This document shows positions 11,051-20,027 of a DNA stretch of 64,000 nucleotides, one piece after another. Numbering within the stretch: the stretch's first letter is position 1; every line of letters starts with the position of its first letter. The DNA lies in contig CAWBZV010000003.1 of the NCBI GenBank assembly GCA_963793305.1, forward strand, positions 992,001-1,056,000, written 5' to 3'. Source of the DNA: an uncultured Gemmatimonadales bacterium (lineage in GTDB: Bacteria > Gemmatimonadota > Gemmatimonadetes > Gemmatimonadales > Gemmatimonadaceae). A program made the translations under genes and the position numbers. Below the pieces are notes generated by a model. The model was not told the DNA's origin. It saw only the letters and a program-made list of their open reading frames with translations, and did no database searches.

Positions 11051-11515
11051 ATGCGCGACCAGGATAGGCGTATCGCCAACGGCACCGACGACGGCCAGGA
11101 TGTAACCCGCATCATCCCGCCCGCGGCGCTCGCGAATACGTTGCGCGAGCTGCGTGAGTCGGTCGAAGCTGTGCTCGACTTGCCAGTGACCGACCCATCG
11201 AACCCGACGGCCCCCGCGGCGGCTGGTGTTCGACTCGCTCGCATGCACGTCGCGCTTCGGCATCTGTGCGAACGGGCGCGCGAACAGAAGGTCCCGGCGG
11301 AGCATCTCATCATCCTGGTCAAGAACGCGTGGGGCCACTTGCCAACCGGCGAGTCCCTCACCGGCAAATCGGATCAGGTACTGACGCTGAGTGAGCTCGT
11401 CACCGCGTGCATCAATGAGTTCTACCGGGGTGACCCCGCGACCCGATCGGGAAAGTTTGCGAACGGCGACGCCCGGGACGATTCACGGGCGGGGCGCGAT
11501 CGGGATCACCGTTAG
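11051..11515 (+). CDS. Hypothetical helical protein
   Basis: RBS GGAAGG; REQKVPAEHLIILVKNAW...LVTACINEFY looks like a conserved helical core; function unknown. Confidence 0.65.
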   Translation: MRDQDRRIANGTDDGQDVTRIIPPAALANTLRELRESVEAVLDLPVTDPSNPTAPAAAGVRLARMHVALRHLCERAREQKVPAEHLIILVKNAWGHLPTGESLTGKSDQVLTLSELVTACINEFYRGDPATRSGKFANGDARDDSRAGRDRDHR

Positions 11516-11623
11516 ATCCGCCCTGGCTCAAAAATCGCCGTAGCACGCCAATAGGGACCGGACACTTGCTGGTCCGGGAGTTAAACTATTGGCCGGAGGT
11601 AAGTCCCTGATCGCCAGTCGGTT

Positions 11624-12028
11624 ATGACAGACCGGGCCATCATTTTGGTCGTCGAGCGTGATCCGCACGTCCGGGATCTCGAAGAATATTTCTTGAACGA
11701 AGCGGGCTACGAAGTCGAGTTCGCCCTCGATGGCGTCGCCGCGCTGGCCCGGGCGCGGACGATCCTTCCCCAGATCATCGTCACAGAGATCCTCGTGCCC
11801 AAGCTCGATGGGCTCGCGCTCTGTCGGGCCGTCAAAGAGGATCCGGCGCTCCGTAGCACGGCGGTGCTCATTTTCAGCATCCTATCCGCCGAAGCGCGTG
11901 CGCATGAGGCTGGTGCGGACGCGTTTCTCATGAAGCCGCTCGCCGACCGCCGGCTCGTGGAGACCGTGCGCGCGCTGCTCGCGTCGAGCCAGCACACCCC
12001 GTCACGGACGCGGAGACCGCCAACGTGA
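11624..12028 (+). CDS. Stand-alone response regulator receiver, atypical (phospho-acceptor Asp replaced by Glu)
   Basis: ILVVERD...PQIIVTEILVPKLDGL...FSIL...GADAFLMKP; RBS GGAGGT. Confidence 0.88.
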   Translation: MTDRAIILVVERDPHVRDLEEYFLNEAGYEVEFALDGVAALARARTILPQIIVTEILVPKLDGLALCRAVKEDPALRSTAVLIFSILSAEARAHEAGADAFLMKPLADRRLVETVRALLASSQHTPSRTRRPPT

Positions 12029-13393
12029 AGCGCGTACGCACGGGCAGTATCCAAGCGGACTATGTGCTCGGCGGCGGGTTCCCCGAGCACTCGATCAACA
12101 TCGTCATGGGGCAGCCGGGGACCGGTAAGACGATCTTCGCCGAACAACTGCTGTTCGAGAACGCGCAGGGCGACCGTCCGTCGTTGTTCATCACGACGCT
12201 CTCCGAGCCACTGACCAAGGCCGTGCGCTACGTCCAGCAGTTCGCGTTCTACGATGAGCGGAAGCTGGGCACGGACATTCAGTATCACGATGTCGGCTCC
12301 GTGCTGATCGCCGCCGGTCCCGATGGCCTGATGCCGTGGATGACCGACATGATCAAGTCGGCGCGGCCCAAGATCATCGTCATCGACTCGTTCCGCGCGA
12401 TCCACGATCTGGCAACGTCGGCGCAGCAGATGCGGCGCATGGTCTCCGAGCTCGCCGGCCTGCTGTCGGCATACGATGTCACGACGTTCCTGCTGGGCGA
12501 GTACACGAGCGAGGACATCCAGCGTTACCCTGAGTTCGCGATCGGCGACGGCATCGTCGAGTTGGCGCGCCGTCCACTGAGCACGCGCGACGAGCGCTTC
12601 TTCCGGGTGCTCAAGCTGCGGGGCAGCGGCTACCGGCAAGGGCAGCACGCGTTTCGCATCGGCCCCGGCGGGCTCGACAATGTATCCGCGACTCGTGTCG
12701 CCGAATGTGCCGACGACCTACGAGCCGCGGCTCGAGCGCGTGTCGACCGGCGTCGTCGGGCTGGATGCGATGGTCGGCGGCGGCTTGTGGTCGGGATCGA
12801 CGACGCTGATCGTCGGGCCGACCGGCTCGGGCAAGACCACGATGGCGCTGCAATTCATGCTCGAGGGCGTCCGCCGTGGAGAGCCGGGTCTCTACGTGCA
12901 CTTTCAGGAGAATCCGGCACAGCTGCGCCGCGCCATCAATGCACTCGGCATGAGCGCCGAGCAAGCAATCGCCGGTGGACTCCGTCTTCGCTACGAGTCG
13001 CCGGTCGAGCTCGAGATTGACAGCATTATCGTGGACATCTTCGAGAAGATCCGCTCGGGGGAGATTAAGCGTCTCGCGGTCGACGCCATCGGCGATCTGG
13101 CGGCCGCGGCGAGCGATCCGCAGCGGCTGCACGACTATCTCTACGCGCTCGTGCAGCACTTCACCGTGCATCACGTCACAAGCCTGCTCACGTTCGAGTC
13201 GGGGAGCGGTGTCACGAGCACGGTGGAGCACGAGCAGCGCTTTTCCTATATGTCCGACAACGTGCTGCAGCTCGCGCTGCAGGGTACGGAGCGGACGCGG
13301 CGCACGCTCCGCGTCGTGAAAACGCGACAGAGCGATCATGATCTGGACGTGCGCGAGCTGGCGATGGGAGCGGGGGGCGCCCACGTTGTCTGA
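12025..13393 (+). CDS. Double-domain KaiC-family (RecA-fold) ATPase; apparent one-base insertion at about 12679
   Basis: Two Walker A motifs, GQPGTGKT and GPTGSGKT; VIDS and AVDA Walker B; VLKLRGS and VVKTR arginine fingers. Deleting one A in GACAATG gives a single ORF of about 455 aa. Confidence 0.88.
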
Positions 13394-14706
13394 GGACCGC
13401 CGAGCGGGCACGGACCGCCGCGGGGCGGGGCAGGCGACGGCCACCGAGGAGGATATCGGCGCGCGAGTGGCCACGTGGCTGCGCCCCTCCGACCCGCGCT
13501 TGCCCTTGCTCACGCAGCTGAGCCGCGCGTTCACCAACGCCACGTCGCTCGCCGACATTTTACAGCTCGCGGTCGAGCAGGCGGCCGTGCTCATGAGCGC
13601 CACGAAGGCCGTGTTGATGCTCGCCGATGCCGACGGCATGCTGCGCGTGCGGGCCGCGGTGGGTGTCGACGACGAGCTCGTGGCCCGTTTCCGCCAGTCG
13701 TTCGACGAATCGTTAGTGACGCGATTGCAGGGACTCTTCGGCATCGGCGCAACGGACGGATTTATTGGCGTGCCGCTCGTCGTGCAGGGGCGCGTCACGG
13801 GTCTCTTGGCGGTCCTGCGGCCTCGCGGCAGCACGGTGACGTCCGAGGATGAGGCCTTGTTGTCGGCGCTCGCCGACCAGACGGCGGCGCCGCTCGAGCA
13901 CGCCTTGCTCACCGAGCGCATGGAGCGGGCGACACTCGTGGCCGACAACGTGCGGCTGTATGAGGCGGAGCGCGCCGCCCGGATCGCGGCCGATCAGGCA
14001 CGGGCCGAGGCCGAGGCCGCGAACCGGGCCAAGAGCGAGTTCCTGGCCAACATGAGCCATGAGCTGCGGACACCGCTCAACGCGATCGGCGGATATGTCG
14101 AGTTGATCGAGATGGGCATCCGCGGGCCCGTGTCGGAGGAGCAGGCCGAGGACCTCCGGCGCATTCGGGCGAGTCAGCAGGTCTTGCTGCGGCTCGTGGA
14201 GGACGTGCTGGAACGTCGCGAAGCTGGAGACGGGCCGCGTGCACCTCCAGTTGGCCAAGGTGCGCGTGCACGAGCTGTTGGCGGGCGCGGAGGCCCTCGT
14301 TTTCCCGCAACTCCTCAGCAAGTCGCTCCAGTATCAGTACCGGCCGTGCGAGGCAACGCTCACGGTCCGCGCCGATCGGGTGCGGCTGCAGCAGATCATC
14401 CTCAACCTGCTGACGAACGCCATCAAATTCACGGATACCGGTGGCGCGATCACGCTGAGCGTGGAGACGGGCTCGGACAATGTGTTGATCCGGGTCGCGG
14501 ACAGCGGCCGCGGCATTCCAGCCGAACGACTGGCCGACATCTTCGAGCCGTTCGTCCGCGTGGACAGTGGGTTCACGCGCCCGACCGAAGGAGCGGGTCT
14601 CGGACTCACAATCAGCCGGTCACTGAGTCGCGCCATGGGCGGCGACATCACCGTCGAGAGCGCGCTGGGCGTGGGCTCGGTTTTTACGTTGAGGTTGTGC
14701 CGCTGA
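13386..14706 (+). CDS. GAF-domain sensor histidine kinase; apparent one-base insertion at about 14212
   Basis: GAF (GVPLVVQGRVTGLL); H-box AKSEFLANMSHELRTPLN; N-box NLLTNAIKFT; G1 DSGRGI; G2 GAGLGL. Deleting one A restores DVLDVAKLETG. Confidence 0.9.
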
Positions 14707-14707
14707 T

Positions 14708-15403
14708 TCAGCAGTAACCGAGAAGAGCGAACACCTGCCTCGCATCGGCCAACGGAAACGACGCCGTGCTCTCGCACCTGACGCAGACCTCGTCAACGTC
14801 AGTCGAATACACCGGTTGAACCAAGAGATCTTTGCGCGTCGCGATCGCCACACGAAGCAAGCTCACCGTCTCGGCAAAGTTCTCGGGGTCGCCGGCTTTC
14901 CGGTGTTCCCGCCAGACGGACTCGATAGACTCGGGCTGCGCCACGTCCGCCATACGAAGAAAGTCTCGCGCGAACTTGGGAGCCAGAACGTCGCCGCGGA
15001 GGAGACCGCAGCACAATCGCGCATGTCGGGCGACGAGATCCTCGAAGGCCACTACGCGGAGCGCGATGCCGGACCAGGAAAAAGCCCGGGCGCGTTCCAT
15101 CTCCGCTCCGTAGGCGCGAAACACATCCACTCTCACCGACGTTGCGGGATCCACGGCCTGCAACATGGTCTTGGCCGGTGGATCATGTGGATGCGCGTGC
15201 CGTATCAATATCGCCTTGCCCAGGCCCGAGGGCATGCAATCGAAGCGCGCGGCGACAAAATCCAGATCGTGAAGTGGTCGTACACCGTGCAGATACAGCT
15301 CAATGGCGGTTCCGCCGGTCAGCGCCCACTCCGAGATGTCATGCTCCGCGAGCAGACGGAGCGTGCGCGATGCGCGACCGGCGTCGTCCGATGCGTAGAT
15401 CAC
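14708..15403 (-). CDS. Pol-beta-superfamily nucleotidyltransferase (AbiEii/DUF1814-like)
   Basis: WALTGGTAI...RPLHDLDF and RVDVF (GG, DxD and third Asp); GTG start overlaps the RidA stop. Confidence 0.65.
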   Translation of the reverse strand: MIYASDDAGRASRTLRLLAEHDISEWALTGGTAIELYLHGVRPLHDLDFVAARFDCMPSGLGKAILIRHAHPHDPPAKTMLQAVDPATSVRVDVFRAYGAEMERARAFSWSGIALRVVAFEDLVARHARLCCGLLRGDVLAPKFARDFLRMADVAQPESIESVWREHRKAGDPENFAETVSLLRVAIATRKDLLVQPVYSTDVDEVCVRCESTASFPLADARQVFALLGYC

Positions 15404-15780
15404 GCTTCCGCCACGAGTGCGATGGACACGCGCATGCCCTGCGGATGGATCGGCAATTTCGCGCCTTGTCGCGCCGGAGGGTCCTTGGGGAACCACTTCC
15501 CCCACTCCTCGTTCATGCCGGCGAAGTCGGCTTCCTCGCCGAGGATGAATGTCGCCTGCACAGCCTTGTCGAGCGAGCTGCCGGCGGCGCGGAGAATCGC
15601 CTCAATGTTCCGCAGGCACTGAGCGGTTTGCTCCTGGATGGTCGTGCCGACGATGATGCCAGTCTTGGCGTCAAAGGGTCCCTGGCCTGCCACGAAGACG
15701 AGACCCATCGACTTGATCGCCTGGCTGTAGCCGGCGAGCGATTTGGGTGCTTGATCGGTGTGCACGACGACTTTTGGCAT
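15400..15780 (-). CDS. RidA/YjgF/YER057c/UK114 family protein
   Basis: APKSLAGYSQAI, VFVAGQG, NIEAIL.AAG, DFAGMN, PPAR (catalytic Arg). Confidence 0.92.
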   Translation of the reverse strand: MPKVVVHTDQAPKSLAGYSQAIKSMGLVFVAGQGPFDAKTGIIVGTTIQEQTAQCLRNIEAILRAAGSSLDKAVQATFILGEEADFAGMNEEWGKWFPKDPPARQGAKLPIHPQGMRVSIALVAEA

Positions 15781-15942
15781 TGCGCCCCCCAGGGAGTGTG
15801 CATCGAGTATGGCGAATCCAGGCCTGCTCGCACAGGGCGTGCAGGCGGGTCGCCCTCCGGCTACATTTCGTTACCCACCGAGAACGCTGCGCCCGCCCCC
15901 GTGCCGGCCGAGCAGCGATTCATCCCCGAGCACAGGAATCAC

Positions 15943-16302
15943 ATGTTCGTCGGAACGTTCGAATTCGAAGAGGGTGGCCGTCTCTATCGCTGCCGTGTGG
16001 AAGGCGAACGTTCTGCCCGCGCAGGCGCATGGTGGTGGTTTGACGTGTCCGGCGATGCGCAGCGCTATGCGCCATTTCATCCTGAGCCGGGCGACACGAA
16101 GAATTCCGTCCGCGCGCGGATTGTCGGTTATTACAACGCGCTCTTGGAGCGCCGGGCCATGCCCCCGCAACCGCGCCATATGGCTGGTCGTCGGCCGGGG
16201 CAACCTGTCGCCTTCGGTAGCGCGCCCCAGCCCGCGCCCGACGCAACGGCTGTCCCAGCCGAGCCGGCGCCGACTGGCGACACCAGTGAGGATGGAGCGT
16301 GA
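15943..16302 (+). CDS. Hypothetical protein
   Basis: RBS CAGGA; globular N-terminal part FEFEEGGRLYRC...WWWFDV...RYAPF with a Pro-rich tail. Confidence 0.7.
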   Translation: MFVGTFEFEEGGRLYRCRVEGERSARAGAWWWFDVSGDAQRYAPFHPEPGDTKNSVRARIVGYYNALLERRAMPPQPRHMAGRRPGQPVAFGSAPQPAPDATAVPAEPAPTGDTSEDGA

Positions 16303-16760
16303 TGGTCGGCGACCTGCACACCGAGCTCGCCGCGCTCATCAGGGCGGATTTTGGGGAGGTCATGTGGCGCGACCGGACCCGGCTCGGCCAGGCCATCGGT
16401 ACCGTCTCACCGCTCACGGGACACTCGCATCTCTATGATGCCGTGGTCGCGCGAAAGCTCAGCGCGGTCCGCTGGTTGGTCCGTCTGGGTGGTCAGGTCT
16501 GCGATCGAGTCCAATCCAGCGATCCGTGGCGCGCCGCGCTGGAGCTGAACGACCCCGTCCCAATGTTGGAGCTGTTGCTCACCAGCGGCGCGTTGAGCCT
16601 CGATGAGCTCGGGGCATGCGCGGACGATCTGCGCGCCCTCGAGAGATCGACATCGCGGCCCGGTGTAGCTACCGGCGCCTACAAGCTGTACCTAGAAACG
16701 TGTCGGCGGATCGAGCGTGAGCCCGACCCGCCGACACCTTTGCCCATCGCTCCAGCTTAG
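16299..16760 (+). CDS. Hypothetical protein with degenerate ankyrin-like repeats
   Basis: Coupled to the upstream gene (GTGATG). GHSHLYDAV...[12 protein letters not shown] and PWRAAL...[10 protein letters not shown] resemble ankyrin repeats. Confidence 0.5.
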   Translation: MMVGDLHTELAALIRADFGEVMWRDRTRLGQAIGTVSPLTGHSHLYDAVVARKLSAVRWLVRLGGQVCDRVQSSDPWRAALELNDPVPMLELLLTSGALSLDELGACADDLRALERSTSRPGVATGAYKLYLETCRRIEREPDPPTPLPIAPA

Positions 16761-16969
16761 CGAGCGAGCTTCGTCACGTTCTCGGCGGCGGGGCCCTTCT
16801 GGCCCTGGACAACCTCGAACTCTACGCGCTCACCCTCGGCCAGCGACTTGAAGCCGCTGCCCTGAATGGCGGAGTGATGGACGAAGCAATCCTTCGCGCC
16901 ACCCTCGGGAGTGATGAAACCAAAACCCTTGGCATCGTTGAACCACTTCACTGTGCCGGTCGTACGCAT
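16757..16969 (-). CDS. Cold-shock protein (CspA family)
   Basis: [15 protein letters not shown] (RNP1), CFVHHSAI (RNP2), [10 protein letters not shown]. Confidence 0.98.
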   Translation of the reverse strand: MRTTGTVKWFNDAKGFGFITPEGGAKDCFVHHSAIQGSGFKSLAEGERVEFEVVQGQKGPAAENVTKLAR

Positions 16970-17114
16970 AATCTCGGTACCTTGTGCTGAATGTTGTTAA
17001 CTATGAGCGATATCAGCACCGGCAACCTTTACCATAAAACTCGAAATCGGGACTGGCTTAAAGGCCAGATCCCGATCTTCACTGGTCGTTGTGGGCGTGG
17101 TATTCACTCTACGC
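16970..17114 (-). promoter_or_regulatory. Long structured csp 5' UTR (possible thermosensor-like leader)
   Basis: About 145 nt between the predicted TSS and ATG; hairpin ATCGGGA-CTGGC-TTAAAG-GCCAG-A-TCCCGAT at 17046-17076. Confidence 0.55.
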
Positions 17115-17120
17115 GGCTGT

Positions 17121-17149
17121 AAGATACAACTGTCCACCCCCTTTGGCAA
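17121..17149 (-). promoter_or_regulatory. Sigma-70 promoter of the csp gene
   Basis: Minus strand TTGCCA-N17-TATCTT. Confidence 0.75.
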
Positions 17150-17156
17150 TACTGCC

Positions 17157-18290
17157 CTAGAAATAGTCGCTTTCTCTGACCTCTTTGGCGCCGCCGCCCG
17201 CGATTGTAAACGTAACCACCGTGCCCGCAGCGGCGAACGGCAGATTCGCCATCTCGGACACCTGCCACTCCTTTATGGGCTTGCGATTGATCGCGGTCAC
17301 CGTGTCGCCGGTACGCATCCCGGCCTTCTCGGCGGGACCGCCAGGCGAGACGAACAGCACCGCGACGTAATCGTCGTGCCGGGTGAAGTAGAGACCCAGG
17401 CGGTCTTTCGCGAACGGTGCGTGCAACGCGGCCGGATCAGGCACCGCGTAGAGGCGATTGTGTGAGTAGTCGATGATGAGGTTGAACCGGGACAGCATCT
17501 GCAATCCGATGTTGCCCGAGACCTTATCGGAGCTGTCCCCGCGGACCGCGTTCGACGGGAACACGCCCGGCACCTTGAAGAAGTCGACGCCCGCAAATCG
17601 GGCCCTAGCCAACGTCGCGACCGGCTCCTGAGGTCGGCCGCCCAGACCGCCACCCAAGCGGATGGACGTCGGCCGATGCTCCAGCAGCTTGTGCGCCTCG
17701 TAGTACGGCTGGTAGACGGTCAGGGGCGCAGGATCACCCAGGAACACCTCGAACTGGACCGGCGCCGCACCCTCGATCGAGACGGGTACCGTCCGCGCCT
17801 CCAGACCCGGGACCAGCGGAATGTCCACGGCTCCCGCGGGCTTCTTCACCGTGGCGGGGTCACGAAACGCGATCCGATGGTGGGCGAAGTCGATTTCGAC
17901 CGCGAGCTCGTTGAACGCATCATCGGCCAGCGTGAACGGCTGAAACACGGGATTGGAGCGCTTGGCTCCCATGTTGACCGGCAACGCTTTGACATCCCGC
18001 AAGCTCAGGTCACCGAGCTGCACCTGGACGCTGACCGTGTCTTTCGATCCGGCGCCAGCGAAGTCCTTATCGATATACGATGTTGCGGTCCCGTCGATGA
18101 TCTGCACCATGACGTTCCTGGCCATTGACCTTGGCCGGCACCAGGATCTTTCGGCCGTCCTGAAAGTTGAAATCGATCCAACCAGTCGTTGACACGCCGG
18201 TTGCAAACGACGCCTTCTGAGCGCCGGCGTGCGCGCCGATGATGAGGGTTAAGGCCGATGCGACGTACGATCCAGCACGTCGAGGATATA
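17157..18290 (-). CDS. Secreted retropepsin-like (aspartyl protease fold) plus PDZ protein; apparent one-base insertion at about 18115; start uncertain
   Basis: ILVPAKVNG, GNIGLQMLSRFNLIIDY, PDZ VSPGGPAEKAGMRTGDTVTAIN. Signal-like N-terminus lies in the adjacent frame. Confidence 0.75.
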
Positions 18291-20006
18291 GGCTCCGGCG
18301 CCGTATCCCACCATCGGCTTGGCGCCCGTCGGATCGCCGATCTGTCCCGGAAAAAGTTCGCATGAGAGCGCTACGTACATCTCGGGTATGATGTTGTGAT
18401 CGGCGGCTGCCTTGTCCACGATTCGCTGCACGAGCGCCGGGCGCCGGGCGACTTCGGCTAGGCTGAAGTCAACGAACAGAAATTCCTGCCGCTCGTACCA
18501 GTACTCGAAGATGGCCGGATCCGTATAGTTGCTGCGCACGCGTCGATAGCCGCCGGACGCGACTTTGAGCAGCTCCATTCGCTTGACCGTGCTCCGCACG
18601 ATCGCTGAATCGGTGACGACGCCCAAGTGGATGAGCGCCAGGAGAGCGCCATCGATGTCGTTCTTTTCGCCCTCTTCGAGCGTCCCGTGCAGCGTCCCGC
18701 CGCGAATGAATGCGGCGGCAAAGCCCTTTTCTAGGAGTGCGATCGTATCGCTGGCAGGGGCAAAGCTCTTCAGTCCGACGATAGCCATCCCGGTCGAAAA
18801 CGCGAAGTGCTTTTTGTCTTTCTGGTGTTCTTCCCAGATCGACGTATCCTCGTCGAGAATCAGGCCGCCCTGGTACGGTTGCATGTTGGCGAGGAGCGGC
18901 GCGACGACGAAGTCACGGGCCGCCTGGTACAGCGGGCCGCGCGCGGTCGGTTCGGAGAGTAGCGTCGTGTCGTGGTACGTCCGCGTGTACTCGCCGAGGA
19001 GCCACAGCACCTCGCCCCAGTCGTCGAACTCGATGTTGGGGCTGCCCTCCATGGTGAAAAATGGCTCCTCCGACCCGTCGCCGAAGTAGCGGACCACCGA
19101 CACCTGATAGTCGGCGTTCTTCACCTCCGCGCGCATCTTGCCCGTCGGCCTCGCATTGAAGTACGCGAGCAACGCCGCGCGCGCCTCGGCGCGATGCCCC
19201 ATGCGCGTCAGCGCCATTGCGGCCCAGGTCATGTCGCGCACCCACGGCGTGAACCACACACCGTCGGGGAGGCTCGCGACAATCAATCCATTGCCGTAGC
19301 GCCCGTTCTCGTTCGGCTCGCGGCTCTGCGCCATGCGAAGCATTGTTTCGCTCTGGCGCCACAGACTGAGCTCGCGCTCTGAGAGCTTGGGAGGAGCTTC
19401 CACTCGCCAGTGCTCGAGCAAGTTGATTTCAGCCAACACCAACAGTGAAGTTGGAAACTGAACGCTCCAGGCGTTGAACGCCTCCGCCACGCGTGCCGGG
19501 TCGCTTCCGCTCTCGACCGAAACGAACGCCTGCCCGGTATTGAGCGGAATCACTACCAGAGATTCGTCGATACCTTCGAACGTGAGGACTTCATATTGTC
19601 CGCTGCTCGTGCGAACCACGCGTCGCGACTGCACGGGGTGATTCCATTCGATCGCGCTGGGCTCCCAGCTCACGACCAGCGCCGGTTGCGCGAGACCGAA
19701 TGGCATGAAAACAGTACCGGAGCTATCACCGCAGTGAACTTCGATGACGTGCGACTCTATCATGTATTCGGCAGACGCGTGCTGAGCGCTATCGCACGGA
19801 AAGCGAAGGCTCCGGATGAAGTTCGTGGTCTCAATGCCTTCGCCAAACGGATTCTTGGGGTCTGGCCGGGAGAAGCTGTACGGATGTGCGTAGAACTTGG
19901 TGATGGTCGCCGTCTGGGGCGAAACCACGGCGAATCCAAAGCCGTTGCCGGTAACCAGATTGGTAGTGCCGGAGACCAGCCAGGCCACAAGCAGAAAAGA
20001 ATGCAT
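18249..20006 (-). CDS. Glycoside hydrolase family 15-like protein
   Basis: GLIVAS, WVRD, DTSIWEE motifs of GH15 (alpha/alpha)6 enzymes; hydrophobic N-terminus MHSFLLVAWL. Confidence 0.8.
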   Translation of the reverse strand: MHSFLLVAWLVSGTTNLVTGNGFGFAVVSPQTATITKFYAHPYSFSRPDPKNPFGEGIETTNFIRSLRFPCDSAQHASAEYMIESHVIEVHCGDSSGTVFMPFGLAQPALVVSWEPSAIEWNHPVQSRRVVRTSSGQYEVLTFEGIDESLVVIPLNTGQAFVSVESGSDPARVAEAFNAWSVQFPTSLLVLAEINLLEHWRVEAPPKLSERELSLWRQSETMLRMAQSREPNENGRYGNGLIVASLPDGVWFTPWVRDMTWAAMALTRMGHRAEARAALLAYFNARPTGKMRAEVKNADYQVSVVRYFGDGSEEPFFTMEGSPNIEFDDWGEVLWLLGEYTRTYHDTTLLSEPTARGPLYQAARDFVVAPLLANMQPYQGGLILDEDTSIWEEHQKDKKHFAFSTGMAIVGLKSFAPASDTIALLEKGFAAAFIRGGTLHGTLEEGEKNDIDGALLALIHLGVVTDSAIVRSTVKRMELLKVASGGYRRVRSNYTDPAIFEYWYERQEFLFVDFSLAEVARRPALVQRIVDKAAADHNIIPEMYVALSCELFPGQIGDPTGAKPMVGYGAGAYILDVLDRTSHRP

Positions 20007-20027
20007 GATGGGTATATATATAGGCCC

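Noticed and set aside
12025..13393. True circadian clock kaiC
   Set aside because: No kaiA or kaiB nearby, SY instead of ST, altered EE motifs and no C-terminal tail; called KaiC-like only.
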